A stretch of DNA of 64,000 nt from the NCBI GenBank assembly GCA_039818345.1, contig JBCBUC010000009.1, positions 46,549 through 110,548 on the forward strand. Direction: 5' to 3'. Below the pieces are notes generated by a model. The model did no database searches. It saw only the letters and a program-made list of their open reading frames with translations, and was not told where the DNA came from. This stretch comes from Pseudomonadota bacterium. Lineage in GTDB: Bacteria; Pseudomonadota; Alphaproteobacteria; Caulobacterales; Parvularculaceae. A program made the position numbers and the translations under genes. Shown in pieces: positions 29,222 through 38,366 of the stretch. The number at the start of each line of letters is the position of its first letter. Position 1 is the stretch's first letter.

Positions 29222-30331
29222 ATGAGAATTGGTGTTCCGAAGGAGATCAAAACGAAAGAGTTTCGCGTTGGTCTCACCCCGGCCAGCGTGGCAGAGATCA
29301 CAGCCCGCGGCCATGAAGTGATCGTGGAAACATCGGCTGGTGACGGCATCGGTATGTCGGATGCGGATTACCGCTTGGCCGGAGCAAAGATCGTCGCGAC
29401 AGCAGAAGACGTCTTTGAGTCGGCCGACATGATTGTGAAGGTGAAAGAACCGCAGCTCAACGAATGCGCGATGTTGCGCGAAGGGCAGACCCTTTTCACT
29501 TATCTCCATCTCGCCGCTGACAAGCCGCAAGCTGAAGCTCTTTGTGCCTCTGGTTGTCTCGCCATTGCCTATGAGACGATCACCGATGACCATGGCGGCT
29601 TGCCCCTTTTGCGCCCAATGAGTGAAGTCGCTGGCCGTATGTCGGTGGGCGTTGGCGGTGCGACACTGCAAAAGCATGCCGGTGGCGGCGGGCTGCTTTT
29701 GGGTGGTGTGCCGGGGGTATCGCCAGCAAAAGTCGTCATTCTTGGCGGCGGTGTCGCGGGGGAAAACGCCTTGCAAATGGCGCTCGGCGCCCGCGCTGAC
29801 GTGACAATTTTTGAGCGCTCGCTGACGCGGATTGCGGAGCTCGACCGGATCTACGGTGATCGCGCACGGGTGGCGTTCTCCACCACAACCGCAGTCCACG
29901 AAGCTGTCCTGAGCGCCGATCTCGTGATTGGCGCGGTCCTCATTCCAGGCGACGCGGCACCTAAATTGATCAGCCGCGAGATGCTCCGTGAGATGAAAGA
30001 CGGCGCGGTAATGGTTGATATCTCGATCGATCAAGGTGGCTGCTTTGAAACCTCCAAAACGACAACCCATGATGATCCAACCTATGAGATTGATGGCGTT
30101 GTTCACTATTGCGTGGCCAACATGCCAGGTGGTGTGCCGAAGACATCAGCCCACGCCCTGAACAATGCGACCTTGCCTTACGTTCTGACGCTGGCGGAGC
30201 ATGGTCCCGAAGCGGCGGTCGCGGCGAACCCCCATCTTGGTCACGGTGTGAACGTCGCACATGGCGCCATCACCCATGAAGCCGTGGCCCGGGCATTGGA
30301 GATGGAATACTCTCCCTACCAACAAGCTTAA
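29222..30331 (+). CDS. ald: Alanine dehydrogenase
   Basis: IGVPKEIK..EFRVGLTP, VKVKEP, FTYLHLA, MSEVAGR, GGGVAG, DQGGCFETS, HYCVANMPG. Confidence 0.96.
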   Translation: MRIGVPKEIKTKEFRVGLTPASVAEITARGHEVIVETSAGDGIGMSDADYRLAGAKIVATAEDVFESADMIVKVKEPQLNECAMLREGQTLFTYLHLAADKPQAEALCASGCLAIAYETITDDHGGLPLLRPMSEVAGRMSVGVGGATLQKHAGGGGLLLGGVPGVSPAKVVILGGGVAGENALQMALGARADVTIFERSLTRIAELDRIYGDRARVAFSTTTAVHEAVLSADLVIGAVLIPGDAAPKLISREMLREMKDGAVMVDISIDQGGCFETSKTTTHDDPTYEIDGVVHYCVANMPGGVPKTSAHALNNATLPYVLTLAEHGPEAAVAANPHLGHGVNVAHGAITHEAVARALEMEYSPYQQA

Positions 30332-30427
30332 ACTGGGATCGTTTTGTTTTCTAACACGTGGTCATCTCTTGATCGGCGACGGAGAGTGAGAAACGCCCAT
30401 TGAAAAGCAAACCGCCCTACCATGCGG

Positions 30428-30575
30428 ACCCGCCCGATCTTTGCCGCGTGGGCGGGTTGACCTATCTAAAGGTATACCAGCGTTTTGGTGTTTGCATTCA
30501 AGCCAATCAACCCAGAACGCACTTGGATCGGATGCCCACAGCCCCTGCCCCCTGCCCGACGTGGGCACCCGATCC
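30428..30575. other. Two GC-rich inverted repeats upstream of GS copy 3, the second enclosing a C-tract loop
   Basis: 8-bp stem 30428-35/30450-57. 15-bp stem with one mismatch, 30525-39/30561-75. Confidence 0.5.
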
Positions 30576-30656
30576 AGGACATTGCGGTCTCTCTTAACAA
30601 CGCAAGCGAGACAGCCAACGATAGCCTGGTGACTTTTTATGACCGCGACGACGGGA

Positions 30657-31988
30657 ATGACGCTGCAGCAAGAGGTGGACGCTTTTCTTGAGCGTCACCC
30701 TGACCTTGCGCAGGTGGAGCTGCTGGCGAGTGACCTCAGTGGGAATTTCTTTTCAAAATGGTTTCGCCGCGACCAGCTCAGCGGCTTCGCAGAAAACGGT
30801 CTCAGCATTCCCCGCGCGATGTATGTCCTGAGCGGGACGAGCGAGTCGATGCCCGAAGCGGTCGGTATGGGAGACGACGATGGCGACCCCGATATGCCCG
30901 TCGATATCGCGCCAGGGACACTATCGGTGGTCAATTGGGGCGAACGGCGAAGGGCCCAGGGTCTGCTTCATAGCCGCGCGACCGATATGGTGATCGATCC
31001 GCGCCGTGTCCTCGCGTCGGTCGTTGATCGGTACAAGGATAAAGGTCTTTATCCAGTTGTCGCCTTCGAGCTTGAATACACCTATTTTGAAAACGACACC
31101 CAAGACGGCCTGAAAACCATCATCAATCCGCATACCGGTGTAGACGACACCGCGACCATGATGGGCTCATCGCGCCTTGAAGCGTTTGAGACGATCTTGA
31201 ATGATACAGTTGCCGCCTGCGACGTCCAAGGCATTGAGACAAGTACGGTCAGCGCGGAGTACGGCGCGGGGCAGTTCGAGATCAACTTCCCCCATTACGA
31301 TGACCCTGTGCGTGCGGCGGATCATGCTCAGCTGTTTCGCAGGGCCGTCAAGACGATTGCGCGGCAACACGGAAAATGCGCCAGCTTCATCGCAAAGCCC
31401 GACCTGGTACGTGCCGGTAACGGGCAGCACCTGCATGTGAGTGTTTTGAATAACGACGGGCACAATATCTTTAGTGAGCGTGACCGAGCCGCGCCCGCGC
31501 TGATGAACGCCGTCGGCGGCTTGCAACAGGCCGCTAGCGAGGCGATGCTTTTCTGGGCGCCTAACATCAATTCCTATCGCCGTTTCGAACCCTCCAACTG
31601 CGTTCCCACCGGGGCAACTTGGGCGCATGAGCACCGGCATGTGGCATTCCGCATCCCTCTCGCCAAAGGCAATGCGTGGCGCGTTGAGAACCGCATTCCC
31701 GGCGCCGACGCCAATTGCTACTTGACCTTGGCGTCGATGTTGGCCGGCATGCTGCACGGCATCGAGAACGCGATCGACCCAAGCGCAGAAACAGTTGGCG
31801 CACCCGGAATGGACTCAAGCCTCTTGCCCCTCACCATCCGCGATGCGATCGCCGCGACACGGAAGGGCGACATTCTTGGTCAGTATATGGACGAAGGATT
31901 TGTCAAACTGTTCGCCAGCCATCGGGAAGGCGAACTCAATTCATTTGAAGACTTTATCAGTCAACGAGAAATCGACTGGTACGTCTGA
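30657..31988 (+). CDS. Glutamine synthetase-like gamma-glutamyl-amine ligase, copy 3 (most divergent)
   Basis: DLSGNFFSK, AFELEY, EYGAGQFEIN, FIAKP, GNGQHLH, ENRIPGADANCY. Alternative start at 30639. Confidence 0.88.
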   Translation: MTLQQEVDAFLERHPDLAQVELLASDLSGNFFSKWFRRDQLSGFAENGLSIPRAMYVLSGTSESMPEAVGMGDDDGDPDMPVDIAPGTLSVVNWGERRRAQGLLHSRATDMVIDPRRVLASVVDRYKDKGLYPVVAFELEYTYFENDTQDGLKTIINPHTGVDDTATMMGSSRLEAFETILNDTVAACDVQGIETSTVSAEYGAGQFEINFPHYDDPVRAADHAQLFRRAVKTIARQHGKCASFIAKPDLVRAGNGQHLHVSVLNNDGHNIFSERDRAAPALMNAVGGLQQAASEAMLFWAPNINSYRRFEPSNCVPTGATWAHEHRHVAFRIPLAKGNAWRVENRIPGADANCYLTLASMLAGMLHGIENAIDPSAETVGAPGMDSSLLPLTIRDAIAATRKGDILGQYMDEGFVKLFASHREGELNSFEDFISQREIDWYV

Positions 31989-32032
31989 GCGAGCCACCAA
32001 CCACTTCGACGCAAGCAAAATGAGTATTGACG

Positions 32033-33349
32033 ATGCTTGATGAAAACCAACAGGAACACACAAACTCCTACTACGCCGCCAGTCAGCGTGATAAAGAGCC
32101 TTTTCCGTCTTTAGCCGGAACGGAAACCGTCGACGTTTGTATTGTTGGCGGTGGCCTCACCGGAGTATCAGCCGCGGTCGAACTCGCCGAACGTGGGCAG
32201 AAGGTGGCGCTTCTTGAGGCGAACCGAATTGGCTGGGGGGCGTCTGGTCGAAACGGGGGCCAGATCATCGGCGGATGGGGTGGACCGTTATCCTCTGATC
32301 CTGCCCGTGCAGATCGTATGATCGGTAAAGGTGCTGGGCAAAAGATTGTCCGCATGGGTACTGAATGCGTGGATATCATTCGTGATCGCATCGAGAAATA
32401 CCAGATCGAGTGTGACCTTAAATGGGGTTACCTCAATGTCGCGCTGAAAGAACGGGAAATGCGCGGCCTTAAGGAATACTATGACGAGCTAAAGGGCCAG
32501 AATTATCCGCACACCATTAAGATGCTGGATAAGTCCGAGCTGCAGCAATATCTTGGCACCGATCAATATGTCGGCGGCATGGTCGACGAAGGTTGGGGGC
32601 ATTTGCAGGTTCTTGACCTGTGCAAGGCACAGGCCCGCATCGCATCCAACCTTGGCGCGTCGATTTATGAAAAATCACCAGCCTTTTCCATCGATTTCGG
32701 CTCCACCAACACGGTGCACACGGCGGATGGTCAGATCAAAGCCAAGTCGGTGGTTCTCTGCGGCAACGCCTATCTGTCAAAAATAGCGCCAAAGCTGGCA
32801 CCAAAGCTGAACCCGTTCATCTTGCCCGCCAGCAGCTACATCATCGCCACCGAGCCACTCTCCCAGGAAATGGCCCAGTCGGTGATGCCAAAGAACTACG
32901 CAACCTGTGACCAACGAACCGCTCTCGATTATTTCCGTTTGAGTGCTGATAACCGGATGCTGTTCGGCGGCGTTTCGAACTATAACGCGACTGCACCACG
33001 GTCCGTGACAGGAACATTGCGGAAGAAGATGCTCGCCGTCTTCCCGCAGCTCGCTGATGCCAAGATTGACTATCATTGGGGCGGGTTCATGGGGATCGGC
33101 ATCAACAGGATCCCCCAATTGGGCCGCATGGCCGACAGTGTATTCTATATTCAGGCTTACGGCGGACACGGAGTGGCTCCCACCCACATGGCTGGCCGGA
33201 TCGTCGCCGAAGCGATTGCTGACGAGACCGATCGTTTCGACATGATGGCCAAGGTCAACCACATGCCGTTCCCTGGGGTGGGCCTGTTGCGTCAGTATAT
33301 GTATGCAGTCGGAATGTCCTACTACAAATTCCGTGATGCCCTTCCGTGA
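32033..33349 (+). CDS. FAD-dependent oxidoreductase, PuuB-like (copy 2)
   Basis: HTNSYYAAS, VGGGLTG, GWGASGRNGGQ, DYFRLSADNR, YGGHGV. Confidence 0.88.
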   Translation: MLDENQQEHTNSYYAASQRDKEPFPSLAGTETVDVCIVGGGLTGVSAAVELAERGQKVALLEANRIGWGASGRNGGQIIGGWGGPLSSDPARADRMIGKGAGQKIVRMGTECVDIIRDRIEKYQIECDLKWGYLNVALKEREMRGLKEYYDELKGQNYPHTIKMLDKSELQQYLGTDQYVGGMVDEGWGHLQVLDLCKAQARIASNLGASIYEKSPAFSIDFGSTNTVHTADGQIKAKSVVLCGNAYLSKIAPKLAPKLNPFILPASSYIIATEPLSQEMAQSVMPKNYATCDQRTALDYFRLSADNRMLFGGVSNYNATAPRSVTGTLRKKMLAVFPQLADAKIDYHWGGFMGIGINRIPQLGRMADSVFYIQAYGGHGVAPTHMAGRIVAEAIADETDRFDMMAKVNHMPFPGVGLLRQYMYAVGMSYYKFRDALP

Positions 33350-33372
33350 TGGGCATCACTGATCGCGAGCTG

Positions 33373-33409
33373 AACGAAAAGGAGCCCGTCGCGGGCTCCT
33401 TTTTTCGTT
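33373..33409. terminator. Bidirectional rho-independent terminator
   Basis: AACGAAAAGGAGCCC-GTCGC-GGGCTCCTTTTTTCGTT between convergent genes. Confidence 0.9.
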
Positions 33410-33913
33410 TTAGCCTTCTTCGTAATAGGCAACGGTGTCGATAACGATCAGCTCACGGTATTCTTCGGTCATATCCCACGTTCCAACAAATCCCTTTGGA
33501 ACCATGAACATGTCACCTTCGCTATAGGTCACCGAATGGCCAGCATCGTCGGTCAGCACAAGTTCGCCTTTGAGAACAACGACGAACTCGTCATAAGGAA
33601 AGGGTTCGTCAATCGCCAATCGCGCAGGGCCAGCATTCCAGACAGAGACGACGTTCTCTCCCTCAAAAATGATGGTCTCGCTGTTTTTCCCGGTACCGCT
33701 TTCGAGGTAAGAGCCTTCCATATCTGGTAAGGCGTCGAGTTCCATCGCGTTCAAACTGTCCATCGTCCATACATCTGGAGGCGGAAAGCCAGAGAGCGTT
33801 GCCGCCTGTGCTGCGGGAACGCCATGAGAAACCAAAGACAGTCCGCCGGCAGCAATTGCTCCGGCTGCGAAAGACATTGAAACCAACGCGAGGTTCGATA
33901 ATCGAAGGGGCAT
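33410..33913 (-). CDS. DUF861/EutQ-like cupin with N-terminal signal peptide
   Basis: Hydrophobic N-terminus ending AQA. Cupin core VWNAGP..DEFVVVLKG..VPKGFVGTW. Confidence 0.8.
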   Translation of the reverse strand: MPLRLSNLALVSMSFAAGAIAAGGLSLVSHGVPAAQAATLSGFPPPDVWTMDSLNAMELDALPDMEGSYLESGTGKNSETIIFEGENVVSVWNAGPARLAIDEPFPYDEFVVVLKGELVLTDDAGHSVTYSEGDMFMVPKGFVGTWDMTEEYRELIVIDTVAYYEEG

Positions 33914-33937
33914 GTTCACACTCTCCCTGTTCACTGC

Positions 33938-33947
33938 CGTGATCACG
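33938..33947. promoter_or_regulatory. Operator candidate CGTGATCACG upstream of the exported cupin
   Basis: About 25 bp upstream of ATG 33913. Confidence 0.55.
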
Positions 33948-34018
33948 ATTTAGGGTAATGGCCACGATGTTCAATGGAAACGACGCGTTCTGAGCAGTCA
34001 GGATAGAAAAACAATGCA

Positions 34019-34056
34019 CAAAAAGGGCCAGCGCTTCTACTAAGAGCGCTGGCCTT
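34019..34056 (-). terminator. Rho-independent terminator of the TBDR gene
   Basis: Stem GGCCAGCGCT/AGCGCTGGCC, followed by a T-run on the minus strand. Confidence 0.8.
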
Positions 34057-34112
34057 ATTCATCAGTACCAATGAGCGATGTGGCTGGTGTCGCCGCCAGC
34101 CCCCACCGAGGC

Positions 34113-36575
34113 TTAGAACGCCTTATAAAGGCTCAACCGAATTTCGCGTGGACGAACCGTGAAGACTCGATCGTCTGCGAAACGTGGCCAGATGTAGGTG
34201 ATCGCGCGCTCATCCCAAACGTTGTTGACCGCCAACGAGATCTCCCAATCGTCAGACCTGACACCAAAACTCAGGTCACCGATCTGATAGTCAGGTTGGG
34301 TCGCCGGAATTGCTGAACCAGAGCCGAAGAGCGCAAGGGAGGCAGCCGTACCGTTCACGGACTCTCCGGTGTAAGCGTAATCGAACCGGGTGAAGCCCTC
34401 GAGACCATTCCAAGGCAGGTCCTTGGTGTAAAGAAGACCGGCCGACAGTTTCCAGTTCGGTGTTGCCGGAAGCTCATCGCCTTCGCCGCCAACGACCAGC
34501 GCGCCGCCGCCGATGACGATGTCATCATCAAGCGTCGCATCGATATAGGTTGCAGCCAATGATAGCTCGAGCTCGCTGGTTGGTTTGAAGGCAAACTGCC
34601 CCTCGATACCATCAATCGACGCGTTACCAGCGTTCACAATCGCTGCACCTGCCGCGGGTGCCGGGAAGATCGCTTGGATCTGGAAATCGTTCCAGTTCAT
34701 CATAAACGCGGTGATGTTGGCGATGGCGCGACCGTCAAACCACTGCGATTTAAAGCCAATCTCATAGTTCTTCAGCTTATCAGAACTAAACTCGTTCGGC
34801 CGGATGGCCTGCGCCGCCTGGGTTTGCGCACCACCATTGGCACCGCCGATCCGTACGCCTTCCGAGTACGTAAAGTACGCAAGGAAATCATCCGTGGGCT
34901 CCCAGGTGATGTTCGCTCGACCCGCAAAGTCTTGCGTGGTCTCTGACCCGTCATCGTTGCCGCCCGGCGCCGTGCCCACAAACGTGTCGTTCTCACGAAC
35001 CCTGAAGTCCGTGGTGAACCAACGGCCACCACCTGAAATGTTGATGGTATCGGTAACGTCGATGCCAACCTCGCCGAAGAAGGCGACCGATTCGAGGTCA
35101 CCGCGGTAACCCCAATACTCGTTACCCGGACGACCGTTGTAGGTGAACCCTTCGCGGAAGCCTTGGTCGAACCACACGTCAGTGGGCTCAACGCCATAAT
35201 AGGCGAAGATCTCGCCGTTCGGTCCACCAAACTCAGCGAAGTCATCAACCCGGCTGATATAGTCCCAATCGTTGTTGGTGTTCTCATAGAACGCACCAAC
35301 GAGCCAGCTGAACCGGCTGTCGCTGTCTTCACTCGATGTGAGACGAACTTCTTGCACGAAAGAATTCACGCGCTGATCAAGCTCAATCACGCCGGTCGGG
35401 TTGGGGCCAAAGTCGTTATAATTGACAAAGCAGATGTAGAGATACGCACAGGTCGCATATTCGGGGAACTCAGCGACGCCCGTGTAATACTCTGCAATCG
35501 CCAGACCATTATCACGATAGTTGGTCATGTAAGCGGTGGAGTCGATATCGTAATCGATCGTCCGATTGTGCCAGCCGCCAGCGATTGTCAGGTCAGCAAA
35601 ACCGAGGTCACCCTGTACGGTGATCGACGTGTTGTACCATTCATCATCACGACGCTCGTCTTTGAACTTGATCGTGTTCAGATCACCGAAATCAGGATTG
35701 AAGTCGAACAGATTGTCGAGGCTTGAGTTTTGGTAGATGACCCCAACGTCGATCGTCCAGTCATCATTTGGCTGATAACGGACCGTCGCGCGGCCGCCCT
35801 CGCCGCTGTAATCGTTGATGTCGTCTTCGACCTGATCGGCGTTATCGCGCGTGCCATTGTTCGGTGAATAAGCTGACGTCGTACCGAGGACGTTATCAAT
35901 GTAACCACCCTCATACTCGTAAAAGCCAACGAGTCGGATGGCGAGCTTGTTCTCAATGATCGGGATATTGACCGCACCACTGATGTCGTAGCTCTCTTCG
36001 CCGTCCTTGGTCGTCGCTGCGCCAACATTCACCCAGCCCGAAAAACCGCTGGTGTCAGGCTTTGCGGTCACAATTTTCAAGGTACCGGACTGTGAGCCAG
36101 CGCCATAAATCGTGGGTTGCGGACCGGAAAGCGCCTCGATGCGTTCGATATCGATCAAACGCACATCAGGGTTCTGGCCATCGCGCGTGATGGGGATTTC
36201 GTCGAGATAGAGGATCGACGAACTGATCGTGTCAAAACCAGTCGGTTGGGCCAGTGCACCACGGAAGGCAATCGTCGTCGCGCCTGGAGATGATGTACCG
36301 AACGAAACGCTCGTCAGTTCCTTGGCGTAGTCTTGGAAGTCCCGAAGGCCCTTCTCGCGAATATCATCGCCGTCAAACGCCTGAACCGCGAGTGGGACAT
36401 CTTGGAGGCTCTGCGCTCTCTTACGAGCGGAGACGATCATCACATCGAGCGCTGTGCCGTCGTCATCCTCAGCAGCCACGGCCTGCGCCACAGCGCCCGT
36501 CGGCACCACCACGATCGACGACATCGCAAGCAGGGAAACACCCAATGCCCATGCGGATTTCGAACGAGTTTCCAT
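34113..36575 (-). CDS. TonB-dependent outer-membrane receptor
   Basis: Signal peptide (AVA-QA), TonB-box-like DVMIVSARKR, plug motif DIERIEALSGPQPTIYGAGSQSG, C-terminal Phe (LYKAF). GGAGG SD before ATG 36575. Confidence 0.95.
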   Translation of the reverse strand: METRSKSAWALGVSLLAMSSIVVVPTGAVAQAVAAEDDDGTALDVMIVSARKRAQSLQDVPLAVQAFDGDDIREKGLRDFQDYAKELTSVSFGTSSPGATTIAFRGALAQPTGFDTISSSILYLDEIPITRDGQNPDVRLIDIERIEALSGPQPTIYGAGSQSGTLKIVTAKPDTSGFSGWVNVGAATTKDGEESYDISGAVNIPIIENKLAIRLVGFYEYEGGYIDNVLGTTSAYSPNNGTRDNADQVEDDINDYSGEGGRATVRYQPNDDWTIDVGVIYQNSSLDNLFDFNPDFGDLNTIKFKDERRDDEWYNTSITVQGDLGFADLTIAGGWHNRTIDYDIDSTAYMTNYRDNGLAIAEYYTGVAEFPEYATCAYLYICFVNYNDFGPNPTGVIELDQRVNSFVQEVRLTSSEDSDSRFSWLVGAFYENTNNDWDYISRVDDFAEFGGPNGEIFAYYGVEPTDVWFDQGFREGFTYNGRPGNEYWGYRGDLESVAFFGEVGIDVTDTINISGGGRWFTTDFRVRENDTFVGTAPGGNDDGSETTQDFAGRANITWEPTDDFLAYFTYSEGVRIGGANGGAQTQAAQAIRPNEFSSDKLKNYEIGFKSQWFDGRAIANITAFMMNWNDFQIQAIFPAPAAGAAIVNAGNASIDGIEGQFAFKPTSELELSLAATYIDATLDDDIVIGGGALVVGGEGDELPATPNWKLSAGLLYTKDLPWNGLEGFTRFDYAYTGESVNGTAASLALFGSGSAIPATQPDYQIGDLSFGVRSDDWEISLAVNNVWDERAITYIWPRFADDRVFTVRPREIRLSLYKAF

Positions 36576-36647
36576 CACTGCCTCCATGCGAGTCGTTACG
36601 ACCCGGTCACGCCCCTAATCGGCTTTTGTGAACCACAAAGAGTTAAA

Positions 36648-36657
36648 CGTGATCACA
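36648..36657. promoter_or_regulatory. Operator candidate CGTGATCACA in the divergent TBDR / hydroxylase intergenic region
   Basis: Seen as aaaCGTGATCACAatt. A spacer variant TTGTG-AAC-CACAA lies at 36626-36638. Confidence 0.6.
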
Positions 36658-36862
36658 ATTCAGTGGTGTTGGATAGAGTGTTCACGGGCATGTGTACCCA
36701 ATCGATGACCAAATGTGGCAATTTCACAACAACGATAATCCAGGATCGGCCAAAGAAAACGGCTTGAGGGCCGCTTCTGGTCAGTCATGGCTTGGCGATT
36801 GACATGATCGGTCAAGGCGGCACAGACTCCTCAGAGGCAGTTGAAAACGTAGCGGATTTGGC

Positions 36863-37426
36863 ATGGATATCGGCGTTCCGATCAAGGACCTAGGAGCGGT
36901 CAACTCGGAGGCTTTGCGGGAAACGATCTTGTCCTTTGAAGACTCCGTCTGGCGCGAAGAACAGCTTCGTCAAAAAAAATTCGACGAGGTCCATCAAGAC
37001 ACTGAATCGGTGATCATGATCTTTTGTGACCATGACAACTGGCCGAATATCGACCTTATCAAGGGGTCAGGTTGGGACCGGATGGCCGATCATGCACTGC
37101 CGCTGATGCATAGCATTATCGAAGAGCACTACGCCAAGGGCGGGACGATCATTCGAGCGATGGCCGCGAAACTCAAAGCAGGCAGCACCATCACCACCCA
37201 TACCGACCAGCACACGTCGTTTCATCAGGGTCATCGCATCCACGTACCGATCACCACAAACAACAAAGTCCGCTTCATGATCGATGGACGCCCCTACAAA
37301 ATGCACCCGGGGAGCGCCTATGAGATCAACAACCAAAAGCGCCACGGCGTGATTAACAGGGGTGAGGAAGACCGGATCACCTTCATTTTCGACTACGTTC
37401 CGGGCTCCAACGCCGTTACCGCTTAG
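36863..37426 (+). CDS. Aspartyl/asparaginyl beta-hydroxylase-like Fe(II)/2OG oxygenase
   Basis: HTD (HxD), RIHVPITT, EINNQKRHGVIN (distal His), DRITFIFD. Confidence 0.85.
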   Translation: MDIGVPIKDLGAVNSEALRETILSFEDSVWREEQLRQKKFDEVHQDTESVIMIFCDHDNWPNIDLIKGSGWDRMADHALPLMHSIIEEHYAKGGTIIRAMAAKLKAGSTITTHTDQHTSFHQGHRIHVPITTNNKVRFMIDGRPYKMHPGSAYEINNQKRHGVINRGEEDRITFIFDYVPGSNAVTA

Positions 37427-37436
37427 GTTTCTCGCC

Positions 37437-38366
37437 ATGACAGCATTGATCGCAACATCCGTCGTGCGCGGATCCGACCAAGGTGAAAGCCACGGCGGCG
37501 TTTATCTTGTTAATCTCGATAGTGACGACGTCTTGCAGCCCGTTGACTGGGACACCATAGACATTGATTGGCAGGGCCGGGGCTGGGACAGGGGCCTGCG
37601 CGGCATCGCCTTTCATGACGAGCACATCTATATTGCCGCGAGTGACGAGCTTTTCGTTTTCAACCAAGCGTTCGAGATCGTCGCTTCATACAGGAACCAA
37701 TACCTCAAACACTGCCATGAGGTAAGTATTCACGGCCAGCACTTGTTCGTTGTCTCAACGGGTTTTGATTCCGTTTTGGGGTTTAATCTTCATACCAAGA
37801 CCTTTGATTGGGGATTGCACATCAAGTCAGATGGTCTGATTTTCCGTGCAGGACGGTACGATCCAAATGGCGACAAAGGCCCCCTCCTCCTCAACAAACT
37901 GCATCTCAATAATGTCCACTGCGATGAAGGCGGTATGTATATCAGCGGTATACGAACGGGTGCTCTACTGAGATTTAACGGAAAAGCCGTGGGTGTGATG
38001 ACGACCCTACCTGAGGGCATTCATAACGCACGTCCTTTTCGTGACGGTGTGCTGCTCAACGACACACAATCCGATGCCGTCCGATTCGAGGGCCCAGCTG
38101 GCCGCGCTGCGTTCCGTACGCCGCGCTTTGCGCCGCATAAACTGACCCACACCAAGCTTGATGACTCGCGGATCGCGCGGCAAGGATTTGGTCGCGGGCT
38201 TTGCGTCATCAGTGACAACGAAATCGCCGCGGGCTCTTCGCCCTCGACGATTTCGATCTATGATTTGACGACGCAAAAGGCCAAAAAGGCGATCAACTTG
38301 TCACTCGATGTGCGTAATGCCATCCATGGCCTTGCGGTTTGGCCGTTTGCCTGGCCTGATCATTAG
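37437..38366 (+). CDS. Hypothetical beta-propeller protein (TIGR03032/DUF4915-like)
   Basis: Repeated blades GLRGIAF, HCHEVS, LHLNNVH, GIHNARP, GFGRGLC, AIHGLAV. Confidence 0.7.
   Translation: MTALIATSVVRGSDQGESHGGVYLVNLDSDDVLQPVDWDTIDIDWQGRGWDRGLRGIAFHDEHIYIAASDELFVFNQAFEIVASYRNQYLKHCHEVSIHGQHLFVVSTGFDSVLGFNLHTKTFDWGLHIKSDGLIFRAGRYDPNGDKGPLLLNKLHLNNVHCDEGGMYISGIRTGALLRFNGKAVGVMTTLPEGIHNARPFRDGVLLNDTQSDAVRFEGPAGRAAFRTPRFAPHKLTHTKLDDSRIARQGFGRGLCVISDNEIAAGSSPSTISIYDLTTQKAKKAINLSLDVRNAIHGLAVWPFAWPDH

Noticed and set aside
29189-30106. 305-aa antisense ORF
   Set aside because: Shadow of ald on the opposite strand, with no recognisable motifs.
7991-31988. Nitrogen-assimilatory glutamine synthetases (glnA)
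   Set aside because: All lack the flap Glu, and there is no glnB/ntr context.
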